A stretch of 64,000 nt of DNA from Planctomycetota bacterium (GTDB taxonomy: Bacteria > Planctomycetota > UBA1135 > JACQFD01), in the NCBI GenBank assembly GCA_016200225.1, contig JACQFD010000008.1, positions 16,433 through 80,432 of the forward strand, read 5' to 3'. The notes below the pieces were generated by a model, which ran no database searches, had not been told where the DNA came from, and saw only the letters and a program-made list of their open reading frames with translations. The translations under genes were made by a program, and so were the position numbers. Each line of letters opens with the position of its first letter. Position 1 is the stretch's first letter. Below, in pieces: positions 9,809 to 20,100 of this stretch.

Positions 9809-10300
9809 ATGAACGACGATTCGAACGAACGCAAGTCGTCGTTGTCGGCCGAGGATCTGGATGCAATCCGGGGAAAAGTTAAGTTCGAGGTCGTCTCCGA
9901 ACTCTCCGACATGTTGCGGGGAGCGGAACGACAGGGCGAATATTCGGCGTCGCGCGCGCGGTGGGGCATGCTCTGGATCGCCCTCGGTTCCGCGCTCGTC
10001 TCGTGCGCCGCGACGGCCGTGTTTTTACTTATATTACAAAACAACTCGCAGGCCGCGCTCCGCGACGCCGAGGAGCGAACGCGCGAATCTTTACAAAAGC
10101 CGCTGCGGGAAATCGAAAACCTGCGCCAGTCGATGGGACAGTTCGTTCGCGAAAATAATGGCGGCGGACGCGACGACAAACTCGGCGGCCGCGTCGACCA
10201 GCTTGCGAAGGAACTGAAGAACACCGAAGAGTCGCTTCAAAAACTGCGCGCCGAACTCGTCAACGCGCGCGTGATCAAGCCGGATTCGGAAGGCAAATAA
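9809..10300 (+). CDS. Hypothetical single-pass membrane protein with coiled coil
   Basis: 163 aa, one TM helix followed by a heptad-rich segment; co-oriented after korB. Confidence 0.6.
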   Translation: MNDDSNERKSSLSAEDLDAIRGKVKFEVVSELSDMLRGAERQGEYSASRARWGMLWIALGSALVSCAATAVFLLILQNNSQAALRDAEERTRESLQKPLREIENLRQSMGQFVRENNGGGRDDKLGGRVDQLAKELKNTEESLQKLRAELVNARVIKPDSEGK

Positions 10301-10437
10301 TCGTTCGCCGATTCGCGGGAGGATTTCCATGTTCGTTCATGGGACGGCCGGACTTTGTCATTTTGCAGTCTCCATGCCGCAGCGGATTTTCGCGGGATTA
10401 TTCTTAATATCACAACCCGAAAGAGAGGAAATCGACG

Positions 10438-12588
10438 ATGACGACGTCTTCAATTCTCGAATGGCCTCAAATCGAACAGCGGATTGCGCGTGCGACTCCG
10501 AAGTCGTTTCGCGAAAAGCCGGAGGGTTTTTTGTTAGGAACCAAAGCGGTCATCGGCGAACTACAGACTCAAGGAACCGAGATTTCGAGGGCCGCGCTCG
10601 ATCAATGGTGGAAACAATTGATATTGAAGCTTGGCGCGGGAAATATCGGAACGAAAGCAAACGCCGCGGAACTATTCCTCGATCTTGGAACGGGCCCGGC
10701 GGGATTCTCGCAATCCACACAAGACACGAATGCAATTATCTCTCGGCGCGAGTCCGCGAATTCGAGCGATATTCCCGGCCTGAGAGTCGATCAGCGGGTC
10801 TTTCTTTTTCCAAATGAATTTACTAATGAACACGACGCCCTCGACCGCGTTTCCAAACAATTCGTCGAAGACCCCGCGGTCGACGGCGTGCATCTGCTCG
10901 CGGGCGTCCGCGGGAGCGGAAAATCGACATTTCTGAATCGCGTCGCCTACTGGGCGAAAACATATGTTCCCACGAAACGAAACACCGCGCCGCTCCTCGT
11001 GCGCGTCGACCTCGGCTCGACGTTTGAGGAAAGAAAGTTCACGATCGATCTGGCATCGCAGATCTGTCAGGACGCCAAATTAAGATTACTGAAGGCCCCG
11101 TATTGTAATAATACATGGACTCGCTGGGCCGCGACGTCGATCGGGCACTTCGGCAGGTGGTGTTCCGTAAACATCGGCTGGGCCATCGGCGCCATTTTGG
11201 TCTCAATTGTATTTTCCGGAGCGTTGGCCATCGACGAAATCATGGGTAAGGCGGCTCCGGCCTCCAGCAAGGAGGTTCCCAGCAGCCCGCTCAGCAATTT
11301 GCCGACATCGAAGGGAATTCTATTCGTGCTCGGCTGCGTTTTGTTTATTGGATTCGCGTACTCGGCATGGAGCTCGCATGCAAACACCCGCTGGATGAAG
11401 AGATTCGGAAATAAACAAAATCTCCTCGCGGCCATGTTCTTTTTCGTGATTCCGCTTTTGTGTTGTTTTGTTACATTAGAATTATCGCATGTAATATTTC
11501 CATATGTAAAGCCCGCTTCGGCCGCGGCCGTGGGCAATGCCGTCTCGAACGCAAACGACCTCGATGTAAAAATAGACAGCGCGATCCACTTCGCGCTCTT
11601 TTCGCTTTCACTCGTCGCCGGAGTGGTGATTAGTTTCATATTTCTCCCGTCATGGTGGAACGATTATATTACCTATCGAAAATTGTTTTTGACGCTGCGC
11701 GCGCGCCAGGACGAGACGTCGCCCGATCTTCCGTACTTTACGAGTCTCACGACGCTCGTCCGAGCCGTGCTCCCCCACGGCAACGACTCGGACCGCATCG
11801 AAGACCTGAGCGTTCCTTTTCTTCAGGATCAGTTAAAAGATATATTAAAGAAATGCGTCAAGACGTTTGGCCACGTCGTGATCTTGCTCGACGACGTCGA
11901 CGTCCTTTCGAGCGACAAGTTCCCCGAATTCTTTAGAATCATCCGGCCGATTTCGAAGGTGACCGGCGTCCGATGTCTCGTCAGCGTCCCCGCGTATTTT
12001 TATTTTCAATTCAATTCGCACGTCATTAGCGATCTTCACTCGACCGTTCGCAATGTTTATTTTCTCGGCAACCCCGACATCTTTCACGGCGCGGAGGAGT
12101 TCTTCGTTTCGAAGAAGTTGACCGCGGCGGTCTGGACCGAATTCATAAGTAAACTTCTCGAATCGCGCCTCCGCGTCCGGGTCGTTCCGGCCATTGCGGG
12201 AGATCCCGTGCCGCGGCCCGGACCGATCGGGTTCACGATGGCTCCGTGGAGGGAATTGTTAAAAGATCCCAAATTCTTGAATAATACTATACCGGATTTT
12301 CTCAATTCCGTCGGACAGAGCCGGCGCGAATTGATACGCGAAATCGAACGGACGCTTCGTGAAACCGCCGACAGCGGCACGCGGACCGGCTATTCGCCGA
12401 TGCTGTCGACACAGGAGGCGTCGCGATCCAAATCCTCGGACGTCGCAAACAATAAGAAGACCGAGTATTTCCGCGTCGAAAAAGCGCTCACGACCGCCCA
12501 TCCGGGCCCGAAGGAACCCATCGACGTCGCGGTGGATCTAAAGAATCTGCCGTTGTCGTTGAATATTAATAGAAAACTGGCGTCGTAA
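10438..12588 (+). CDS. KAP family P-loop NTPase with membrane insert
   Basis: Walker A GVRGSGKS, several TM helices between Walker A and Walker B, Walker B VVILLDDVD. The TM insert inside the NTPase domain is the KAP hallmark. Confidence 0.75.
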   Translation: MTTSSILEWPQIEQRIARATPKSFREKPEGFLLGTKAVIGELQTQGTEISRAALDQWWKQLILKLGAGNIGTKANAAELFLDLGTGPAGFSQSTQDTNAIISRRESANSSDIPGLRVDQRVFLFPNEFTNEHDALDRVSKQFVEDPAVDGVHLLAGVRGSGKSTFLNRVAYWAKTYVPTKRNTAPLLVRVDLGSTFEERKFTIDLASQICQDAKLRLLKAPYCNNTWTRWAATSIGHFGRWCSVNIGWAIGAILVSIVFSGALAIDEIMGKAAPASSKEVPSSPLSNLPTSKGILFVLGCVLFIGFAYSAWSSHANTRWMKRFGNKQNLLAAMFFFVIPLLCCFVTLELSHVIFPYVKPASAAAVGNAVSNANDLDVKIDSAIHFALFSLSLVAGVVISFIFLPSWWNDYITYRKLFLTLRARQDETSPDLPYFTSLTTLVRAVLPHGNDSDRIEDLSVPFLQDQLKDILKKCVKTFGHVVILLDDVDVLSSDKFPEFFRIIRPISKVTGVRCLVSVPAYFYFQFNSHVISDLHSTVRNVYFLGNPDIFHGAEEFFVSKKLTAAVWTEFISKLLESRLRVRVVPAIAGDPVPRPGPIGFTMAPWRELLKDPKFLNNTIPDFLNSVGQSRRELIREIERTLRETADSGTRTGYSPMLSTQEASRSKSSDVANNKKTEYFRVEKALTTAHPGPKEPIDVAVDLKNLPLSLNINRKLAS

Positions 12589-12613
12589 TCCCCGCGACAT
12601 TACTCAAATAACC

Positions 12614-14182
12614 ATGAATCCGAACCACCCCTTTCACCCGATTATTTATGTCCGCGGTTTCGCCGCGAGTTCGACCGAGATCGAGGACACCGTCGCCGAT
12701 CCGTACATGGGATTCAATCTCGGTTCGACGAAAGCGCGCGCCGTCTGGACCGGAGATATCAAAAAATTCTTCTTCGAGTCGCCGCTCGTCCGCTTGATGA
12801 GCGATCATGAATATAATGATGTTTTCGTCGACGGCGAGGATCTCGTCGCCAAAGAAAATTCCGACGACGCGATTCCATACAAATCGATTATTATTTTTAG
12901 ATATTACGACGAAGCCTCCGAAACCTTCGGCACGGGCAACACGCCTCCGATCGAACATTTCGCGCGCAAACTCGACGAGTTGATCCTGCGCCTGCGCGAA
13001 AAGATCTGTGCGAATCCGGCGAACGGAGTCGATAAAAATACATTCAAGGCCTACCTCGTGGCGCACTCGATGGGCGGGCTCATCTGCCGCGCATTCTTAC
13101 AAAATCCCGCCCTCGGAAGCGCCGAAGCGCGCGCGGCGATCGACAAGTTCTTTACTTATGCGACGCCGCACAACGGCATCGATCTTCGCATCGTCCGCAA
13201 CGTGCCCGGATGGGCGTCGTTCGGCGATGTTAATAATTTCAACCGCGACCGGATGGCTCAATTTCTCGCGGTTCCTCCGGGCGACGACGTCTCTGTAGTT
13301 ACGAATTTTCCGCCCGAAAGAATCTTTAATTTAGTCGGGACCAATCCGCAGGACTATCGCGTGCTCGGCGGACTCTCGGCGTGGGCCGCGGGCGAGGCGA
13401 GCGACGGTCTCGTCCGCATCGAGAATGCTACAACTCACGGCCCGGGACCCGACGGAAAAGATATATCTTCTCCGCGCGCGTTCGTCAACCGGTCGCATTC
13501 GGGGCATTACGGAGTCGTCAATTCCGAGGAGGGCTATCAAAACCTCACGCGATTCCTCTTCGGCGCGATCCGCGTCGACGGAATTCTCGATATTGACGAT
13601 ATCACCCTCCCCGCGGAAGTGCAGAAGGCGCTCGACGCCGACAAGACCGTCCACGCTTCCTATCAATTTGAAACTGTAGTAAGTCTGCGGGGTTGCCAGT
13701 GGCAGATGCACCGGCGCACGGTTCGCGAACATTCCGCGATTTTCCGCGCGTACGAAGACCTGTTTCCGAAGGGTCCCGACGGCGCGCGAAAACCCGACCG
13801 GACGCAGAGTCCCCATTTATTCTCGGTGTTTCTCGATCCTAACAAAAGCGTTAAACAATCCGGATCCGTGAGTTTCGCGTTCGATTTAAACGTTCTCGTG
13901 CCCGATTACGAAGTCGACGGCATACTCTTCCTGAAGCGCCATTACGAAGGCGGATTCATTTATCGCGAATTGATACTTGTCGAAGCCGTTCCCGACGACG
14001 CGGCGAAGGGCGGCTGGCGGATCAAGTACGGTTATCAGGACGACAATCCGGGCCTGCCGGGCAAGGTCGCGGAAACGGAATTGTTACAAGACGGCTCGAT
14101 GGCGTTCACCATCGACGTCATTCAGGACCGGAGGCCCGGAATCAAGGCCACGCTGCGCATCGCGGCCCGACGGTGGACTTAA
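12614..14182 (+). CDS. Alpha/beta hydrolase (PGAP1-like esterase/lipase) with C-terminal beta domain
   Basis: IIYVRGF oxyanion region, nucleophile elbow AHSMGG, TYATPHNG, SDGLV, HSGH. Confidence 0.8.
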   Translation: MNPNHPFHPIIYVRGFAASSTEIEDTVADPYMGFNLGSTKARAVWTGDIKKFFFESPLVRLMSDHEYNDVFVDGEDLVAKENSDDAIPYKSIIIFRYYDEASETFGTGNTPPIEHFARKLDELILRLREKICANPANGVDKNTFKAYLVAHSMGGLICRAFLQNPALGSAEARAAIDKFFTYATPHNGIDLRIVRNVPGWASFGDVNNFNRDRMAQFLAVPPGDDVSVVTNFPPERIFNLVGTNPQDYRVLGGLSAWAAGEASDGLVRIENATTHGPGPDGKDISSPRAFVNRSHSGHYGVVNSEEGYQNLTRFLFGAIRVDGILDIDDITLPAEVQKALDADKTVHASYQFETVVSLRGCQWQMHRRTVREHSAIFRAYEDLFPKGPDGARKPDRTQSPHLFSVFLDPNKSVKQSGSVSFAFDLNVLVPDYEVDGILFLKRHYEGGFIYRELILVEAVPDDAAKGGWRIKYGYQDDNPGLPGKVAETELLQDGSMAFTIDVIQDRRPGIKATLRIAARRWT

Positions 14183-14194
14183 TATAAGTTATCG

Positions 14195-16132
14195 TTATTT
14201 CTTATCTACAAATACGATCGCGCCGACTTCGCCCTGCACGCCGGGGCCCGTCACTTTTATCTGGTAATCCCCGGGCTTGAGGTTCGGGAACACCGCCACA
14301 AAAAAGCAGTTGACGACGATCACCGGAATCGGCACCGACACCGCCGGCTGGCCGACCTCGGATTTTTCGAGCGTAACTGTAAGACTGACTCCGGTTCCGG
14401 GCGAAAAGCCCATGACGACGATGGTTCCGTTGTTGCCCAAAGCGTTCTTCGGCGGCACGGCGACGGTATTTGTAACTTCCGTCGATTTCGCGTTCCCGCC
14501 CGCGTTGTCGCCGGCGATGACGGGAATTGTATTGCCAATATTCGGGAGCTGCGTTTCGTTAAATACGTCAATAAACAACCCGCTTCCTTTGAATTCGCTT
14601 TGAATATCCTTGGCCGCTTTTACAAACGTCTTGTTCAAACTTGTGTTCACCGCCGTATTGAATGTGTCGAAGGGCCCACCCGAACCGGGCATCAACGAGA
14701 TCGGAAATGTAGAATTCGTCGTGCCGGGCGGCAGCGCCTGTTCGAACACACCGTTAGCTTCCGTGAGCTTCGCATACCGGAACCCGTTCATGGACTGGAC
14801 GAACGACGAATAATCCGCCGCGGTTGCCCCGGTTGCGCCTTCGTACGTCATGGCGCCGGATTTGAATTGATTCACGTGCGCGAATACAAAATTAATAAAA
14901 GTGCCTTCTCCGGACGTGAAACTCTTGTTCGCATCGCTAAGAATGGACGACACGGACGGTGCCTTGAATTTCGGCTGCTGCGATACAGGCCCCGGCACGA
15001 ACAGACTCACCGAGTCCGATGCAATGTTTGCGTTATGTTGAAATACCTGAACTTCGAACGGCCCCGCGGGGAGGCCAAGAAACGAACCCTGCCACGTGTT
15101 ATTCGTAACGGTCGTGTTAACGAGCGTTACAAATGAGGGACTCGACCCCGAGAGCGAGAACAGCTTCAGGTCGAGAGATTGATTGGGATTGCCGATGCCT
15201 CCCAGAAAAATGCCGCCGTTGCTCGAGTTATTATTAAATAAACCGTTCACACAAGTGGTGTGCACGATGGTCAGCAGCTCTTCAGGAAACTCGGCTTGAG
15301 CGAAGGCATAAGGATCGTATTGTTGCGAAACCGGAAACGTGTTCGTCACCGGATTGAATAGAAAAGCCGGCACGGCATCATTCTTCGTTTTCAACGCCGC
15401 CGCCAAAACCTTCTTCTGAATGGCGGTGAACTTTGTGAGCGGGGCCGCCGACGGAACTCCGTTTTCAAACGTATGCCAAGCGTCAAAAAACGACGACGAC
15501 ACATTGGACGCGTCGAGAAGGCAATCGTTCAGAATTGTAGTGCCCTCTTCCTGAACATTATTCGCGGAATCCAGATTTGCCTGAATGATGGCATTGCGCA
15601 GTGTGATCAAGCCATTTCCGAGATCATTCGTCGCGATGCCGCCGCCGGTCCCGCTCTTGGCGGCGTCGAGGAATTCGTTGATAACCGGCGTGGCATTATT
15701 GAATGCAGTCGCGGTGTTATTCTTAATAGTACTATTTTCAATTTTAATATCGTTCTTGAAATCCGTCAGCGCGATGCCGCCGGCCGACACCAGGACCGTA
15801 TACGAATGCGTCGCCGCGGGACACGTGCCGCCGCTCGTGAAGATCGTCACGTCCGTCAATCCGGGGGCGTTCGCGGTTAATACAAAGTCCTGCGTGAGTT
15901 GTCCCGACGCACTCTGCGGCGAAATGCTGACGATGTTCGAATTGGTAACCATCGCCGTGGCGTTGAACGTGCATTTGTTCACGCCAAAAATATGAATTTT
16001 CGACGTTCCACCTTTAGTAATATTAATTGTGGATCCGTCGGCCGGCGTTGTAAACGTCGCGAGCGCGGCGCCGGAAAGAACCGCGAGGGCAAGCGCGAGA
16101 GTGGGGACGATGTGGAGTGTGCGCGTGTTCAT
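14195..16132 (-). CDS. Secreted hypothetical protein with Ig-like terminal domains
   Basis: Start reassigned to ATG 16132 (MNTRTLHIVPTLALALAVLSGAALA = signal peptide). T/N/S/G-rich; C-terminus ends in VFPNLKPGDYQIKVTGP. Confidence 0.7.
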   Translation of the reverse strand: MNTRTLHIVPTLALALAVLSGAALATFTTPADGSTINITKGGTSKIHIFGVNKCTFNATAMVTNSNIVSISPQSASGQLTQDFVLTANAPGLTDVTIFTSGGTCPAATHSYTVLVSAGGIALTDFKNDIKIENSTIKNNTATAFNNATPVINEFLDAAKSGTGGGIATNDLGNGLITLRNAIIQANLDSANNVQEEGTTILNDCLLDASNVSSSFFDAWHTFENGVPSAAPLTKFTAIQKKVLAAALKTKNDAVPAFLFNPVTNTFPVSQQYDPYAFAQAEFPEELLTIVHTTCVNGLFNNNSSNGGIFLGGIGNPNQSLDLKLFSLSGSSPSFVTLVNTTVTNNTWQGSFLGLPAGPFEVQVFQHNANIASDSVSLFVPGPVSQQPKFKAPSVSSILSDANKSFTSGEGTFINFVFAHVNQFKSGAMTYEGATGATAADYSSFVQSMNGFRYAKLTEANGVFEQALPPGTTNSTFPISLMPGSGGPFDTFNTAVNTSLNKTFVKAAKDIQSEFKGSGLFIDVFNETQLPNIGNTIPVIAGDNAGGNAKSTEVTNTVAVPPKNALGNNGTIVVMGFSPGTGVSLTVTLEKSEVGQPAVSVPIPVIVVNCFFVAVFPNLKPGDYQIKVTGPGVQGEVGAIVFVDKK

Positions 16133-16202
16133 GCACTCCGGTATATCGACGAAGCGCGTTTTGCACAACGATTCGCGCGCGCGCGAGGGGTGGCGGGCCG
16201 AT

Positions 16203-16952
16203 TTACCCTCTGTCCGTATGCACAAAAACGAGATTCCCGTGCGCGGTCAAAACGCGCGCGGCCGGGAAGATTTCCATAAAAACGTCGCGAAATTGTAATG
16301 CCGCCGCCTGGCGCCGGACGCGGTTCGCGAGGCGATTGTATACAAGCGACCCGCCCGGCCGGAGGCGCGCAGCCGCCAACGCGAGGCATTCGCGCGTTTC
16401 GACGTGTTCGGGCGTTTCGTCGTCGATAAATATATCCATTAGAATCAAATCGTAAGTATCGGCGTCCGTACGAATAAATCGCAGCGCGTCGTCGTTTACA
16501 ATTTCGAGCCGCGGATCGGAGGCGCGTTCGAAATATTTCCGCGCGAGCTCGATCACGACGGGATCCACCTCGACGGCCCTTGCCGATCCGTTTATTGCTA
16601 ATTTTCGATCCAACAGTTGCATCGCGCTGCCCGCGCCGAATCCCAACATTAGGACGCGGGAGAGACTCCCGTCCGGAATTTCCATTTGTAAGAACGCGCT
16701 CCGGAGCACGTCGTGCAGTTCGCCGAAACTATAATTTACAGTCGCCGCGTCGAGTTTCGGTTTGCCGCGGTCAAGCACGACCTCGAGTACCGGGTTGTGC
16801 GCGCTCGACCGCCGTTCCAACACGACTTGCTGAAACCAACTTTGTAATATCTGGGAAAACCGCGGTCGGAGAAACACGCGGGGAGCGTACGCGCTTTCGG
16901 CTCGGTGCACAGCTCGATTTTGTCCGGGGACTCCATAGGGAAGCGACGTCAC
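16203..16952 (-). CDS. Class I SAM-dependent methyltransferase, spermidine-synthase-like
   Basis: VLMLGFGAGS, AVEVDPVVIELA, IVNDDALRFI, YDLILMDIF. Exact start uncertain. Confidence 0.85.
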   Translation of the reverse strand: MTSLPYGVPGQNRAVHRAESAYAPRVFLRPRFSQILQSWFQQVVLERRSSAHNPVLEVVLDRGKPKLDAATVNYSFGELHDVLRSAFLQMEIPDGSLSRVLMLGFGAGSAMQLLDRKLAINGSARAVEVDPVVIELARKYFERASDPRLEIVNDDALRFIRTDADTYDLILMDIFIDDETPEHVETRECLALAAARLRPGGSLVYNRLANRVRRQAAALQFRDVFMEIFPAARVLTAHGNLVFVHTDRG

Positions 16953-17114
16953 AACAGACGGAATCGCCGTCGGGCCGGGACCGATCGCAGCCGTGGCCGC
17001 GCTCCCCTTGCGCGATTTGGCATTCCATATTAGCGTTTCGAAAGTGCGGGGCGCGAAATCGGAAGTGCCTTTCGACGATCGAACGTCCGCGCGGAACTTT
17101 CGGAGAATCGTCCA

Positions 17115-20100
17115 ATGCGAAGATTATTTACCATCCTGGGTTTGTTATTATTCATTCTCGCGCCGGCAATTCGCGCGCAGTCGATTCAAATATTAAATAT
17201 CGGAAGTCCGTTTCAAGGGAAACTCGACACGCCGTCGCAAAGCGACCAGTGGATATTCTTCGTGCCGCAAGGAACGAAATCGACCCTCGCCGTTCAGGGT
17301 TCGCAGGGACTCGCTCCGTCCGTCGGAATTCAAGACTTGACGACCGGCGCCCCTCTCGACATCTCCAAGCTGACAAAGACAGACAAGAAAGGTAAGATTA
17401 CAATTTCGAATCTTACTTTTCCCGCGAGCGGCCCGTTCGCTCTGACGATCGCATCCGCGAACGCGACGTCCGGCCCGTACACCGGGACGTCGTCGATGTC
17501 GCTTCCAAAGTCGGCGGGTTCGATTCAAAAGACAACGGCCGTCAACGCGGGCGAAACCGCGATGATCGAATTCGTCGCGGTCGAGGGATCGAAATTCGGC
17601 GCCTCGATTTCGCCGAAGAACGCGAAAGGCCAGAGCGCCATGCCCGGCAGCGCGACGTTGACGGGATTCGCGGGAGACGTCGATTTGACAAATTCGACAA
17701 AAGTAAAGAATGGACACATTACCATTTCGAAGGTCGCGCTTCCGGACAACGGCCTTTATACTTTAAAGATTACGAATACCGGCGGCGCGGGCTCGTTTAA
17801 TATTAAAATTACGATTCAAAAGCCCGCGTTTGCCAAAAATACGCCGCCGGCCGCGGAGTCGGCGCACCCGTCCCCCGTACTCGACTCCCTTCCGCCGTCG
17901 ACGTCGGGTCCATCTGTAATATTAAAAGGATCCGCGTTCCACGGCCGCAGCCGCCTCCACGTCGACACTCCCCTGGGGCCGTTGGATGCGATCGCGGGCA
18001 CGAACAAGACATTTACGATTCCGGTCGATCTTCAGCCGAACGTACTCAATAAATTTTTCTTAACAGAACAACTTTCCGTCGGCATCGATCTGCCGCCCGT
18101 GCCGGCCGGCATCGTTCAGGATTCGCAACCGCCGGTGCTATTTGTAGATTTTCCGCTCGAAGGCACGATTCTCGCCGAACCGACGACGCCTGTTGCCGGA
18201 CGCGTCAGCGACGTTTTATCGGGATATCAGGGTCTCACCGTGACGGTCAATGGAATTCAGGCGACCGTAAACGTCGGCATTGGAACCAATGCAACATTTC
18301 TCGCGGAAAACGTGCCGCTCAACACCGACGGCACGCCGACAATTATTATTGCAACCGCGACCGACGCCGTCGGCAATTCGGCGGGAACGCCGCCGCGAAA
18401 TGTATTGTATGAAGCGCCGACCGGGCCATCGTTGCATACAGTTTCGGGAAATAACCAAACGGCGCCGGTCCATTCGTGGCTCATGAATCCGATCGTCGTC
18501 AAAGTTACAAAACTCGACGGTTCGGACTTTCCCGGTAAACTCATAACATTTACAGTCATCAAGAGCGACGGCCGTCTCAGCGCGACGGGGACCGACGCCG
18601 GATCGGTCGGTTTACAAGCATTCACGGACGCGAGCGGCAACGCGACGGTGTTTTGGAAAATGGGAGGCGACGCCGGATTCGGTAATGATCGCGTTCAGAT
18701 TTCCAGCACGGACATCAGCGGCACTCTTTACTTTTGCGCGTCCGCGACGCCGGGACCGGCAACGCAATTGAATGTCGCGTCCGGAAATAACCAAACCGGC
18801 GCCGTCAACGGCATCGCGCCCGAACCCCTCGCGGCGTGGGTGAGCGACAGTTGCAACGGCGTCGCGGGGGCCATGGTATCATTTACTGTAGTATCCGGTT
18901 CGGCGACGCTCGAAAGCAACGGCCAGAATTTCGGACCGCAACATACCGTTCAGGCGGACATTACGGGGCACGCGGCCATAAACTTACGATTTGGACAGGA
19001 CGCCGGGAAGTGTACAGTTGAAGCGACCTTCGCGGGCTATGCCGGTTCGCCGGCGACATTTGTAGCAACATCGCTGGCGCCCAATCCCGCGACGCCCACG
19101 TCGCTCTCGGGAATCGTCATGGACAACGCGTCGCAGCCGATTCAAAACGTGAAATGTATATTAACGATCGGCGGCGCGGCGCTGCCGTCGATTCTAACGA
19201 ATATCGACGGCGGATTCGCGTTCGCGAGCATTCCCGGCTCGGGTCCGGCAAAACTCCGCGTCGAGGGACAGCTCGCCGATCACATCGGCGGCGCTTCGGG
19301 AACGGCCGTGCTTCCCGGGAGCTTTCCCGCGTTGGAATATGAACTTGTTATTATTCCAAATGTAGCGAACACGATGCCGTCGCCGATCCTGCTGCCGCAG
19401 CTCAATCCTAATAATGCCCGCGTCTACGACGGCACGCAGGACGTCGTATTGACCGTCGAAGGGATCGCGGGATTGCAAATGATCATCAAAGCAGGTTCGA
19501 TGACGCGCGCCGACAACAGCGTTCCTGATATCAATAATCCTGAAATTGTTTCATTGAATCAGGTTCACCACGACGATGTCCCGATGCCCATGCCCGACGG
19601 CGCCGCGCCGCCGTTCGCGTGGACGCTCCAACCGGGTGGATCGCATTTCAATCCGCCCGTTCAAATAACGTATCCGAATATGTCAGGTCTGCCCGCGGGA
19701 GCGGTTACTAATTTTCTTAGTTTTAACCACGCCACCGGAAAATTCGAAATCGTCGGCGCCGGACACGTTGTAAACGATGGATCGGTCATTGTTACAGATC
19801 CGGGATCGGGGATTTCGACGGCGGGATGGGGTTGCAATTGTCCGCCGTATGCGGTTACGGGGAATTGCAAGGACTGCACACCAAAACCAAACGGTTGCGG
19901 AAGTTCCGATTGGATGACAAAGTTCCTGAACACGCCTCTGGGTCTTGGGGTTGATTTTACGCCGGCCTGCAACGCCCATGACATTTGTTATGGAACCTAT
20001 CCAGCCAGCAAATCGCAGTGCGACTTGGCATTCTATCAAAACCTGTTGGCAATTTGCGCAGCGACCTTTCCGAATGATCAAAGCAAAGCAGCGAAATGCA

